The translations under genes were made by a program, and so were the position numbers. From assembly GCF_000195855.1 (NCBI RefSeq), contig NC_002677.1, positions 2,790,001 through 2,822,000 on the forward strand: DNA of 32,000 nucleotides. Reading direction: 5' to 3'. Shown piece after piece: positions 1 to 9,403 of the stretch (position 1 is its first letter; the number at the start of each line of letters is the position of its first letter). Below the pieces are notes generated by a model. The model was not told where the DNA came from and searched no databases. It saw only the letters and a list, made by a program, of their open reading frames with translations. The DNA comes from Mycobacterium leprae TN. Lineage in GTDB: Bacteria > Actinomycetota > Actinomycetes > Mycobacteriales > Mycobacteriaceae.

Positions 1-1
1 A

Positions 2-766
2 CCCGAAGATGCTCAGCGCCGCGAACTAGGCCTGCCAAAAGCAACCTCACTCTCGACACGACGGATCGTGAAACGAGGGGCGCTCGAGATCCAGGCCTAT
101 GACGAGCTCTGCTTTCCTGGGTTGGCCGCAGAGTGGGCAGAATACGGTGACCGCAGGCCCTTTGTTGGCGCACTAACCCTAGAGTTACCGACGGCCGCTG
201 ACAACGAAGTCTTGTCATGGATAGCTGCCGGGACACCGCCAATCTACTTCGGCTTCGGCAGCATGCCGATCGTATCACCAACCGATACGGTCGCGATGAT
301 TGCCGCAGCCTGTGCGGATTTAGGGGAACGTGCGTTAATTTCCGTTAAACCTAAGGACTTAACCCAGGTGCCCAAGTTTGACCACGTCAAGATAGTGACA
401 TCAGTAAGTCATGCGGCCGTATTTCCCGCCTGCCGCGCCGTCGTGCACCATGGTGGCGCCGGAACCACTGCCGCAAGCCTGAGGGCCGGAGTCCCAACAC
501 TGATCCTCTGGATCTTTATCGAACAGCCGGTCTGGGCAGCTCAGATCAAGCGGCTGAAAGTCGGTGCAGGCCGGCGATTCTCCGCCACCACCCAAAGGTC
601 ACTGGCCGCTGATCTCCGCACGATCCTTGCCCCGCAGTACGCTACCCGTGCTCGCGAGGTCGCGAATCGGATGAGCAAACCTGACGAAAGCGTTAACGCC
701 GCTGCGGATCTGTTGGAAGACAAGGCCAGTCGGAATAAATCCAGAACTCGGTATCAGGACTGTTGA
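2..766 (+). CDS. Glycosyltransferase (GT1 / UDP-glycosyltransferase-like, PGL-associated family), C-terminal part; 5' end lies left of the window
   Basis: The track ORF begins at 68, but the frame is open back to base 2 ([35 protein letters not shown]...). It contains [10 protein letters not shown] and the GT1 C-terminal nucleotide-sugar motif region [30 protein letters not shown]. It resembles the Rv2962c/Rv2958c family as recalled, not searched. Confidence 0.9.
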   Translation, partial: PEDAQRRELGLPKATSLSTRRIVKRGALEIQAYDELCFPGLAAEWAEYGDRRPFVGALTLELPTAADNEVLSWIAAGTPPIYFGFGSMPIVSPTDTVAMIAAACADLGERALISVKPKDLTQVPKFDHVKIVTSVSHAAVFPACRAVVHHGGAGTTAASLRAGVPTLILWIFIEQPVWAAQIKRLKVGAGRRFSATTQRSLAADLRTILAPQYATRAREVANRMSKPDESVNAAADLLEDKASRNKSRTRYQDC

Positions 767-911
767 GGTCCCGTTCCGGCAACCGCACAGACGGCCCAGT
801 CGGAGGCATCAGGGGCTTCCAATGACACCACAACAGGTCGTCTCGCACGGAGATGCCCTCGGCCCCGACCCCCGGGTGCAAGCCATTATCTACAACGGTG
901 GACACTACACG

Positions 912-2183
912 TCACTCCATAATCCAGCCGTACTCCGAGGGAACAGTGCACAGCAGGGAACGTATTGCCTCGAGAGCCTTTGCCGGTTCCTCGATATGTC
1001 CGTGATGCTCGATGATCAGTTGGCCTTCGTAGACACCGCAGGAGTAGAGATCCAGGGGGACACTAATCGAACAATAGAACCGGCCCTGAATGTCTTCAAT
1101 CGCAAGATCCGGTGGTGTACGCATCGTCGGGAACGCAGTGGCATCAGTGCAGAAGACAAGTGGCGGCAACCCGGGCGGAGTTCCCTCGAATGCCGTACCA
1201 AAGTGCAGGCCCGACTGCTGAACCACGCCGTTGGCTAAGTCAGCCCGAAGTGTGGCAACGATATCGGTTGCCAGATCAACGATGTCGGTGTCCTGTCCGA
1301 TCTCAGCAAGGTAACCCGCCGCCCCGAGTAAATTGGTGCTTTCGGTCGGGGCCACAGGAGGGGCAAGAACATATCGCAAATCGACGGGGTAAACATAGGG
1401 AATTGGAACGTGCGGGGTTTCGCGGAGTCGCCATTCGGTCATCAGAATGGCCGCCGCTACCACGGCGTTGATGCTGAGCCGATGTTCACGACCGAACGCC
1501 GCGAGATCCGATGTCTCCTGCTTAGTGAGCCAGAGTCTGGTTACCGGAACAGCTTGAGGCAATCCAGGTTCGGCGAGGACAGCCGGCGTCCCGGTGGCAG
1601 GAAGGTCATAAGCATACATCACCGACATAAAGCGCTCAGCTCCCGAAAGGGCATGTTTCTTGACACCCCGCTGTTGTAGCACGGCCTCCATAGACAGCGG
1701 TGTAGCCTGGGGGATTATCGGGCCAGGGTCACCAGTAGTCACCACGTCGGTGTAGCGGGAGAACAGCTCATCGACCAAAACGGCCCCATGGTGACCATCA
1801 GCCATGCTGTGATGAATATAGAGTACGAGCTCACCTCCTCCCTCACGGGGGGTAAGTCGCAGATTCAATAGGGAAACGCTCTGGTCGAGCCGCGTTTCGG
1901 ACTGTATTCCACCACAACCCGACTGCGCCCCGTTGTTAGCGTCAACAACACAGATCCCAGGGTGGAGCAGGTCGTCGGCAACGAGGTTCCAACCGCCATC
2001 GGAGCTTGTCTCAAGATGACTGGCCAAAACTGGATGAGCCTGCACGAGCGCGTCGAAGGCCTCCGACAGCGCATCAATATCTAGAACACCGCGCAACTGG
2101 ATCGTCATAGAAGTGAAAACTTCGTATCGCGCGAAAACTTCCTCACTGTGCGACAGCTTTCGGATCACGGATCCGGCGAACAC
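912..2183 (-). CDS. papA5: Phthiocerol/phthiodiolone dimycocerosyl transferase (polyketide-associated acyltransferase PapA5), 423 aa
   Basis: Starts MFAGSVIRKLSHSEEVFARYEVFTSMTIQLRG, has the intact acyltransferase motif HHSMADG at about 1794-1814, and ends CTVPSEYGWIME. Position directly downstream of drrC matches. Confidence 0.96.
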   Translation of the reverse strand: MFAGSVIRKLSHSEEVFARYEVFTSMTIQLRGVLDIDALSEAFDALVQAHPVLASHLETSSDGGWNLVADDLLHPGICVVDANNGAQSGCGGIQSETRLDQSVSLLNLRLTPREGGGELVLYIHHSMADGHHGAVLVDELFSRYTDVVTTGDPGPIIPQATPLSMEAVLQQRGVKKHALSGAERFMSVMYAYDLPATGTPAVLAEPGLPQAVPVTRLWLTKQETSDLAAFGREHRLSINAVVAAAILMTEWRLRETPHVPIPYVYPVDLRYVLAPPVAPTESTNLLGAAGYLAEIGQDTDIVDLATDIVATLRADLANGVVQQSGLHFGTAFEGTPPGLPPLVFCTDATAFPTMRTPPDLAIEDIQGRFYCSISVPLDLYSCGVYEGQLIIEHHGHIEEPAKALEAIRSLLCTVPSEYGWIME

Positions 2184-2231
2184 CTCAAGACTCCCAACTG
2201 GTCACCACATGCGGGGCCACCACATATTGCG

Positions 2232-3062
2232 TCAATGCGTACACGCCCGTCGATAGCCGACTCCCAGGGGTACCGCACAGGAGGCACAAATGCCTGCGGT
2301 CCACACCAGCATAGCAACCATCGAAGCTAAGACTGGCCCCCCCATCGATAATCCGCGCATCGCCGCAATAGCGTAGCTCACCGGTTGATGAGCGACTAAA
2401 GGCTGAATCCATCCTGGATACTGGTTTAGTGGTACCAGACCGGTGGACAAAAAGACCGCGATTGCTTGCACCAACTCAACCGCTTCAACCACGAATGTTT
2501 GCTCTGTGTAAAGCGCCACGGTAGTCACCATAACGGCGATGGCAATACCAAATATCACCGGGACACTAACCCACATAAGGCTTGCAATCACACCTTGCCG
2601 AAACCGGAAACCGAGTATCACCCCAGTAACCAGCATCACAAGGGTGGTGACGAAAGTCCGAATTGTGTTTGCGAGGATTCGAGCAAGCAAACCCGATGCC
2701 CGATGAATGGGCAACACCCATAGTCGGGAAAGCAGACCGATGGAACGCTCGCGCACAAGGTCGATAGCGACGAATGTTGAACCAGTGATCGCGGCGCCAA
2801 GGGTGATTAGTGGCACAAAGCTGTATAGCCCGCTGTCGTAAGTTACAACGTAAGCCAGATTACCCAGCACGATGTTCAACACCACCAGAAACAAAATCGG
2901 CAACACGAGCGCACCAATGATGGTGACATAATCGCGCGCCCACCGAGTGAGTAACCGCTTGGTCTGCAACAAAGTCTGCGAAACGAGCGCCCGAACAGAA
3001 TTGTTCGGGTACTGCAAGCTCGCGGGTACCAGTCCTACTGTTTGACTTATCATAGTGATCAT
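2232..3062 (-). CDS. drrC: DrrC-like ABC transporter permease for PDIM/PGL export
   Basis: 276 aa, multiple hydrophobic segments, ABC-2 type permease (LLTRWARDYVTIIGALVLPILFLVVLNIVLGNLAYV...). Overlaps the drrB stop by 4 nt (ATGA). Confidence 0.94.
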   Translation of the reverse strand: MITMISQTVGLVPASLQYPNNSVRALVSQTLLQTKRLLTRWARDYVTIIGALVLPILFLVVLNIVLGNLAYVVTYDSGLYSFVPLITLGAAITGSTFVAIDLVRERSIGLLSRLWVLPIHRASGLLARILANTIRTFVTTLVMLVTGVILGFRFRQGVIASLMWVSVPVIFGIAIAVMVTTVALYTEQTFVVEAVELVQAIAVFLSTGLVPLNQYPGWIQPLVAHQPVSYAIAAMRGLSMGGPVLASMVAMLVWTAGICASCAVPLGVGYRRACTH

Positions 3063-3925
3063 GTCCGTCTAAACAAAATGACGAGGCATATGGGCACCAG
3101 AACCACCAGGAAACCGAACAGCCACGCCAACGTCGGAACCATAACAGACCACGCCACTGGTATGACTGTCTTAGTGGTCTCCCCGGCCAGTGCGCGTAAC
3201 GCCACCACGAACTGGGAGACTGGTTGGTTAAGGACAAAAGGGTGAATCCAGCGAGGAAACAGTTTGACTGGCATGAGACCGACCGACAACAGTCCGAAGA
3301 TCAAGATCGGCAAAGTCAGTAGCGGCAGCATCGCGTCGGGATTCCTGATCGCAGTGCCAAGCAGGTCAGCGGCGAATGACAGCGCGGCTCCGATTGCGAG
3401 CACCAATGCACAAAATCCAACGATATAGAGGGGACCGCGATGGAACTGGAATCCGATCACGTGTCCACAAATCAGCGCTACCCCCATACCCCAACAGCAT
3501 CGCTGCACGGCATCCGTCACACGGGCGAGCACCGGCGTCACCGGAGCGATCGGCATAGTACGAAACCGTCGACTTATGCCTCTCAGAGAATCGGTTGCTG
3601 CCCGGAAGGCTGATCCGATCGCGGCGAATGCGATAGACTGCAGCACGATCAACGGAGTGACGTATTGCCCTAAGTTACTGGCGATGCCTGAGCTAGGGCC
3701 ACCCACAAAATGATTCCACGGTATGGCAAACGGTAGATAGAGGCCCACCGTGAATACCACTGGTGCGCCAATTTGGATTGTTTTCTCAAACACAAACAAC
3801 TTGATGTCCGTATAATAGCGCGTAGTGAGCGCCCACCACTGCCGGAGCGTCGACCGACGTGGCTTTGCCATGATTGTGCTTGGCCACCTCGAGGCCGGAA
3901 TCGGAGCTAGTGCCGGCATGCTCAT
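3059..3925 (-). CDS. drrB: DrrB-like ABC transporter permease for PDIM/PGL export
   Basis: 288 aa membrane protein with ...VGLYLPFAIPWNHFVGGPSSGIASNLGQYVTP...RNPDAMLPLLTLPILIFGLLSVGLMPVKLFP. Overlaps drrA and drrC by 4 nt on each side. Confidence 0.93.
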   Translation of the reverse strand: MSMPALAPIPASRWPSTIMAKPRRSTLRQWWALTTRYYTDIKLFVFEKTIQIGAPVVFTVGLYLPFAIPWNHFVGGPSSGIASNLGQYVTPLIVLQSIAFAAIGSAFRAATDSLRGISRRFRTMPIAPVTPVLARVTDAVQRCCWGMGVALICGHVIGFQFHRGPLYIVGFCALVLAIGAALSFAADLLGTAIRNPDAMLPLLTLPILIFGLLSVGLMPVKLFPRWIHPFVLNQPVSQFVVALRALAGETTKTVIPVAWSVMVPTLAWLFGFLVVLVPICLVILFRRT

Positions 3926-4917
3926 CGCATCGCCCCCGCCGCTAGATGGCTCAGCGACTCACTGGGATCCGTTGTCATCGAAAGGAATACGTCATCGAGC
4001 GACGGCCGGCGTAGCGCAATGTCAGCCAGCTCAACACTCACCTCGTCGATCCGACGTGCAGCCTCGATAAGCGTCTGCGTGCCATCCGGCGCCGGCATCG
4101 TAATCCGGTCTGACGTGGGCGTGAGCATCGCCCTGCTGCGCTCGGGCAACAGCGAACCCAGCGCTGCGACGACAGTGCCCAGATCCTTCAAATCGCGCGG
4201 TACTATTTCACAAAAAGTCTCACCAACACGGTGCTTGAGCTCACTCGCGGTGCCTTCTGCAATGACCGTACCGTGGTCGATCAAGATGATCCGATCACTG
4301 AGCTCATCCGCCTCCTCGAGATACTGCGTAGTCAGCAGTGTGGCAATACCGATCTGTTTGAAACTGGCCACTAGATCCCAAATAGCTTGCCGACTCCGCG
4401 GATCCAACCCGGTTGTGGGCTCATCCAAGAATGCCACTTGGGGTTGAACCACCAATCCGCACGCGATATCTATCCGCCGACGCATCCCGCCCGAGTACGT
4501 GCCCACCCGCCGCTTCCCGGCGTGCAGGAGGTCAAATTGCTCGAGCAGTTCTTGCGTCCGCACGCGCGCCACAGATTTGCTCAGCCCATACAGACGACCG
4601 AATAAAATTAGGTTCTGCTCACCGGAAAGCTGGTCATCGACAGCTACTTGCTGTCCGGTGACCATGATCGAGCGACGCACCCCGGCCGGTTCGGAAACCA
4701 CGTCGTAGCCGGCGACGGTAGCCAAGCCACGATCCGGCCGGGTCAACGTCGACAAGATGTCCACCATGGTCGTCTTGCCGGCACCGTTCGGGCCGAGCAG
4801 ACCGATCACTTCACCGCGATCCACGTCGAAACTAACATCATCCAGGGCGATAATCTTGCCCTTGCCGTAGGTCTTACGAACCCCGCGAACCATCACGGCC
4901 TTGTCGTTGTTGCGCAT
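3922..4917 (-). CDS. drrA: DrrA-like ABC transporter ATP-binding protein
   Basis: Walker A GPNGAGKT, signature YSGGMRRRIDIACGL, Walker B VAFLDEPTTGLD. The track ORF runs to 5007, but the family N-terminus is MRNNDKAVMVRGVRKTYGKGK, whose ATG is at 4917-4915. That leaves a 10-nt gap from the ppsE stop and avoids a large overlap. Confidence 0.93.
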   Translation of the reverse strand: MRNNDKAVMVRGVRKTYGKGKIIALDDVSFDVDRGEVIGLLGPNGAGKTTMVDILSTLTRPDRGLATVAGYDVVSEPAGVRRSIMVTGQQVAVDDQLSGEQNLILFGRLYGLSKSVARVRTQELLEQFDLLHAGKRRVGTYSGGMRRRIDIACGLVVQPQVAFLDEPTTGLDPRSRQAIWDLVASFKQIGIATLLTTQYLEEADELSDRIILIDHGTVIAEGTASELKHRVGETFCEIVPRDLKDLGTVVAALGSLLPERSRAMLTPTSDRITMPAPDGTQTLIEAARRIDEVSVELADIALRRPSLDDVFLSMTTDPSESLSHLAAGAMR

Positions 4918-4927
4918 CCGATCCTCC

Positions 4928-7900
4928 TCAGCCGGCATCCAGGGTTGACAGGTCCACCAGAACGCCCGCTTGGGGTGCCCCAGCCATTTCACTCTCGTCG
5001 TGCGCATCCTTTTGCGTAGCTATGCCTTCCTGGATCAACTTGCTAAGCGTGACCGGGAAGGACTGCGCGAGTGCTTCTGCTGTTACCTGCGGAATCCGCC
5101 GGATGTCGTACCACCAATCTAGATGCAGTGAACCACCAAACCGATACGTCCGAAGTTCGATGGCGTGGCCCATCCCAGGAACCGGTTCTTGCACCGGAAT
5201 CGTCATGTCCGAGTCGAACTGTACCGTAGCATCGACGGATGGCGGCTCAGGGACAACGCCCACGTACCGAAAGTGAATGTCAGGCGTGCGCTGCGCACTG
5301 AATACACGTCCGGTCGGCGCGTACATATACCGCAGCAATCCGTATCCAATTCCGTAATGCGGAATGGATTTAAGGGTGTTATGAACAGCGTCTAGTTGCG
5401 CAAGCGCGCCCTGGCCCTTCACGCAGACCAGCGGAATTGGGTAATAGTTCGTGAACCAACCGATTGTTCTGCGCACGTCGACGTCCGGCCGCAACACCGA
5501 ACGGCCCTCGCCCTCAAGCTCTACGGCGACCACACCATCACCGACCGTTTGGGCAATTGTGCGACCAAGCGCGGCCAGCACGATCGCCTGAATCGATCGG
5601 CGAAACCTACGCCGGGCATCATCCAGCTCGGACGTCTGCTCAACGCTTAGCGTGCACGGCATCCTAATCAGATCGTCGGCACCGGGCGGTTGAATAACAT
5701 CTGTATTGAGCGAGACATCAGCCAACCACAAGTTCACCTTGTTCGCATTCTCGATCCAAAAAGAGCGAGTGTCGAGGGCTGCCGGATGCGTCGCAAGGGC
5801 CGCGCAGCGCAGTGACCATTCCCGCCACCCAGTGGTGACCGGTTCCAGCGTGATCTCCTCGCCGGCCAGCCGCTGCCCAAACGCGGTGATGATATCGGTC
5901 CCCAAGATTTGGCGCGATGCATCGTCGATAACCATCTGGTGCACGGCAAGACCGAGATAGTGCGGACCACCGTGAGCGGTTGTGATCTGCACGGCGGTCA
6001 GTGGCTCGTTCAAATCACTTTGACTAGCAATGAGTTCGGCCAGAATACTGGATACCACGGCCCGTTCCTCTGCACTGCCGGCGGCTACACCGTCGGGAAG
6101 CGTCTGGGTCAAGAGCCGAGTGAATTCTCCGGTCGCCGCGATGTGCTGTTCCCACATTCCGTCGTTGTCGACGAGGCTGAGGCGCAAGACGTCGTGGTGA
6201 TTGACCACTGCGGTCAGCACGGCTCGAATGTCGTCTGACCCTATCTTGGGGTCAAGCCGCAGGATCAATGGAACGCGCCAGCGGCCAGTGTCGCACAACC
6301 CCCGCTCGAGGAAGTAAGCAATGTTGGGTGGAACCGCCGGATGCGCCGCGGCCTCCGGTGGTTTCGCCAACCCACTCGACGCGAATGAGGCATCGACGGC
6401 AGCCGTCAACGAGGCCAGAGTCGGGTGCTCGTACATATCCTGCGGTGTGATGGTCATACCCTCGTTGGCCGCGGCCATCGAGATGCTGATCGCCATCAAG
6501 GAGTCGCCGCCTAGATCAAAGAAATTGGCATTCCGATCTACTGAACTGACACCTAAGCACTGTGACCAGATGCGCTGCAACGTGGCCTCAGTCTGCGACT
6601 CCCCGCCTCGCACCCCTTCAACGGTGGCGGAATCGACGCTGGAGTCAACCGGCGAACCACTGCTCGCGCCGGGAATCTGCGCCCAGATCGTATATCGGGG
6701 TTCGACCCAATGACGTTGTCGAGCAAACGGATATCCGGGCAAGGAAACGAGGTGCGGCATGACCGAACGCTGCGGCGCCCAGTCAACTTCGATTCCAGCC
6801 GACCAGAGTTCACCCAGTGCGCGCAGGAACGTGTCGTGGTCATCAACGTTCTGAAGCGGATGGCGCATGAGCCGAACAGCGCGGTGCCCACTCGACCACC
6901 TCGGGTGACGCATCGCCGAACCGGTCAAGCTGCCACCGGGACCAACTTCGACAAGGACTCGCCCGGATTGCGACAGCACCACGTCTAGCTCGTCGGCGAA
7001 GCGGATCGTGGAACTGATTTGACGTGTCCAGTTTTCCGGATCGGTGACCTGCTGCTCGGACATCCAGGTTCCGGTGAGGTTGCTCAGCAACGGTGTGTTC
7101 GGAACGCGAAGCTGTTGACGAGAAAGGAATTCGGAGAATTCTCTCAGCATAGGCTCCATCGAGCTTGTATGGAACGCATGAGTGGCACGGACCCGACGTA
7201 CGGGTATCCCCACCTCGTCAAGACGTTGGCTGAACGCGCGAATCTGGTCTTTGGGCCCGGCGACCACGCAGTTACCGGGATCGTTAACGGCGGACAACTC
7301 GACGCCCTTAGCAGAATACTCTGCTAAGTACTCGGTGATGTCCTCGGGGCCCAGCGCCACCGCAACCATGGCTCCCGGCGGCGACTCATGCATCAAACGG
7401 GCACGCAACGACACCGTTTTGATCGCCGTCTCGAGGTCGAATACCCCGGCCAAGGTGGCTGCGATATACTCGCCAGTGCTGTATCCGATGTAGGCCCCGG
7501 CACCTACGCCAAAGCTTTCGACCAACTTCGCCAGTGCGTATTCCACCGTGAACAGCGCCGGTTGCGAACGGTCGATGCGCTCCAGATCGATTGCGGTACC
7601 ATTGAATATCGCCGAATGCAAATCCAGGTCATCCATCGCTTCGCGGAATCCGGCAGAACAGGTGTCGAAGTGTTCAGCGAAGACGGACTCTGTGTCGTAG
7701 AGTCCTTTGGCCATTCCAACGTGCTGAGCACCTTGCCCGGGAAACAGGAAAACGACGCGATCTGACCCCAAGGTGGTGATTGAGGCGGCGGCACTGCGCC
7801 CGGTATCAGCACCGGATTCGCCAACGAAAACATTGTCGTGCTCGGCCGCCCGCAGAACCGTGACCGCATGCTCCCGGTCACGGACGACGGCAGCCATCGT

Positions 7901-9397
7901 GATGTTGTGCTTTCGGCGCCCGGCCAACGTATAAGCGACGTCGGACAGGTCCGGTGCGCCTGGTTTTTCTAACACCGTGGCCAGAGCTTCCCGCGATTCA
8001 CCAAGCGCCGCAGCGGTTTGCGCTGACAGAAGGATCACCTGGGGACCGGTCGACGCAGCAACAGTGGATGCTTCAACTGATGCTTCTTCCAAGACGACGT
8101 GGACGTTGGTACCACCGACCCCGAACGAGCTGACCCCTGCCCGACGCACGCCGTCCCACTTCCATGGGCCGTAATTGCTTTGCACGACGAACGGAGTTTG
8201 GTCCAGACGCAGCTCCCGATTCGGACTGGTGTAGTGCAACGTCGCGGGAATCGCCTTGTTCTTCAGGCACAAAATCGTTTTGATCAGACCCGCGATTCCG
8301 GCGGCAACTTCTAAGTGGCCGATGTTCGATTTGACCGACCCCAGTACACATGGGCCCGGGCGGGGTATCTGCGACACTTCGAATGCCGTTTTCAACCCTT
8401 GGATTTCGATGGGGTCCCCGAGCGGGGTACCGGTTCCATGGGTCTCGACATAGCTCACAGTCGACGAATCAATACCGGCCACCGCATGAGCTTCCGCGAT
8501 GACATCGGCTTGAGCGGCAGGATTGGGCGCCGCGTAACCCATTTTCATGGATCCATCGTTGTTGATCGCTGACCCGAGGATGACGGCATGAATTCGGTCG
8601 CTGGCGTCGATGGCGGCCTGCAACGGCTTGAGGGCCACTAACGCAACACCACTGCCGAAGACAGTACCGTCGGCCCGCACGTCGAAGGGCCGACAGTGGC
8701 CAACAGCCGAGACCATCGATCCCGGGGAGTGCCAGTAACCGACACGGTGCGGAATGCACAACGACGATCCGCCGGCCAGTGCCATGTCGCATTCGCCGGA
8801 CAGCAGACTCAGGCAGGCCAGATGCAGCGCGACGAGCGACGACGAGCACGCGGTTTGAACCGCAATACTCGGGCCGCGCAAGTTGAACGCGTGCGATATC
8901 CGAGTTGCCAAGAAGTCTTTGTCGTTCTGTAGGAACAGACTGAACTGGTCGAAGTTGAGTCCCTCAGCCAAAACGGTGTGGGGGTCGCGATGCGACAACA
9001 GGTTATGCAAGAGATAACCGCTGGGAGAACTGGTTCCGTATACTCCGATCGAGCCGTCGAACTGCGCGGGGTCACAACCTGCATCCTCTAGCGCATGCCA
9101 CGCGCACTGAAGGAACAACCGGTGTTGTGGATCCAATACCTGCGCGGCCAGCGGCGGCAGACCGAAGAAGTCAGCATCAAACTCGTCGATCCCGTCGAGT
9201 AACGGTGCGCGACGCACATACGCCGGATCGGCCAGTGCTTTGTCGCTGACCCCGTTGTCGCGCAGCTCTTGCTCAGACAGGGTGACGATCGACTCCTTGC
9301 CGCGCCGAAGGTTGGTCCAGAACGCCGACACATCGTTGGCGCCCGGAAATTTGCCGGCCATGCCGACCACCGCGATCGCGTTGTCGGGGGTAATCAC
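4928..9397 (-). CDS. ppsE: Type I PKS PpsE (KS-AT-ACP plus C-terminal condensation-like domain), 1489 aa, GTG start
   Basis: KS active site [24 protein letters not shown] and THAFH, ACP DLGGDSLMAIS, then a condensation/acyltransferase-like C-terminal region (VNHHDVLRLSL...HQMVIDD...VELEGEGRS). Confidence 0.95.
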   Translation of the reverse strand: MITPDNAIAVVGMAGKFPGANDVSAFWTNLRRGKESIVTLSEQELRDNGVSDKALADPAYVRRAPLLDGIDEFDADFFGLPPLAAQVLDPQHRLFLQCAWHALEDAGCDPAQFDGSIGVYGTSSPSGYLLHNLLSHRDPHTVLAEGLNFDQFSLFLQNDKDFLATRISHAFNLRGPSIAVQTACSSSLVALHLACLSLLSGECDMALAGGSSLCIPHRVGYWHSPGSMVSAVGHCRPFDVRADGTVFGSGVALVALKPLQAAIDASDRIHAVILGSAINNDGSMKMGYAAPNPAAQADVIAEAHAVAGIDSSTVSYVETHGTGTPLGDPIEIQGLKTAFEVSQIPRPGPCVLGSVKSNIGHLEVAAGIAGLIKTILCLKNKAIPATLHYTSPNRELRLDQTPFVVQSNYGPWKWDGVRRAGVSSFGVGGTNVHVVLEEASVEASTVAASTGPQVILLSAQTAAALGESREALATVLEKPGAPDLSDVAYTLAGRRKHNITMAAVVRDREHAVTVLRAAEHDNVFVGESGADTGRSAAASITTLGSDRVVFLFPGQGAQHVGMAKGLYDTESVFAEHFDTCSAGFREAMDDLDLHSAIFNGTAIDLERIDRSQPALFTVEYALAKLVESFGVGAGAYIGYSTGEYIAATLAGVFDLETAIKTVSLRARLMHESPPGAMVAVALGPEDITEYLAEYSAKGVELSAVNDPGNCVVAGPKDQIRAFSQRLDEVGIPVRRVRATHAFHTSSMEPMLREFSEFLSRQQLRVPNTPLLSNLTGTWMSEQQVTDPENWTRQISSTIRFADELDVVLSQSGRVLVEVGPGGSLTGSAMRHPRWSSGHRAVRLMRHPLQNVDDHDTFLRALGELWSAGIEVDWAPQRSVMPHLVSLPGYPFARQRHWVEPRYTIWAQIPGASSGSPVDSSVDSATVEGVRGGESQTEATLQRIWSQCLGVSSVDRNANFFDLGGDSLMAISISMAAANEGMTITPQDMYEHPTLASLTAAVDASFASSGLAKPPEAAAHPAVPPNIAYFLERGLCDTGRWRVPLILRLDPKIGSDDIRAVLTAVVNHHDVLRLSLVDNDGMWEQHIAATGEFTRLLTQTLPDGVAAGSAEERAVVSSILAELIASQSDLNEPLTAVQITTAHGGPHYLGLAVHQMVIDDASRQILGTDIITAFGQRLAGEEITLEPVTTGWREWSLRCAALATHPAALDTRSFWIENANKVNLWLADVSLNTDVIQPPGADDLIRMPCTLSVEQTSELDDARRRFRRSIQAIVLAALGRTIAQTVGDGVVAVELEGEGRSVLRPDVDVRRTIGWFTNYYPIPLVCVKGQGALAQLDAVHNTLKSIPHYGIGYGLLRYMYAPTGRVFSAQRTPDIHFRYVGVVPEPPSVDATVQFDSDMTIPVQEPVPGMGHAIELRTYRFGGSLHLDWWYDIRRIPQVTAEALAQSFPVTLSKLIQEGIATQKDAHDESEMAGAPQAGVLVDLSTLDAG

Positions 9398-9403
9398 TGG
9401 TTT

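Noticed and set aside
693-905. 70-aa minus-strand ORF near the GT/papA5 convergence, considered as a mas remnant or small gene
   Set aside because: Its translation shows no PKS or other family similarity and it overlaps the 3' end of the glycosyltransferase. There is not enough evidence for a gene or pseudogene.
4918-5007. N-terminal extension of drrA in the ORF track (MRTTRVKWLGHPKRAFWW...)
   Set aside because: The segment overlaps the 3' end of ppsE, has no ABC-protein character, and the family N-terminus fits the internal ATG at 4917.
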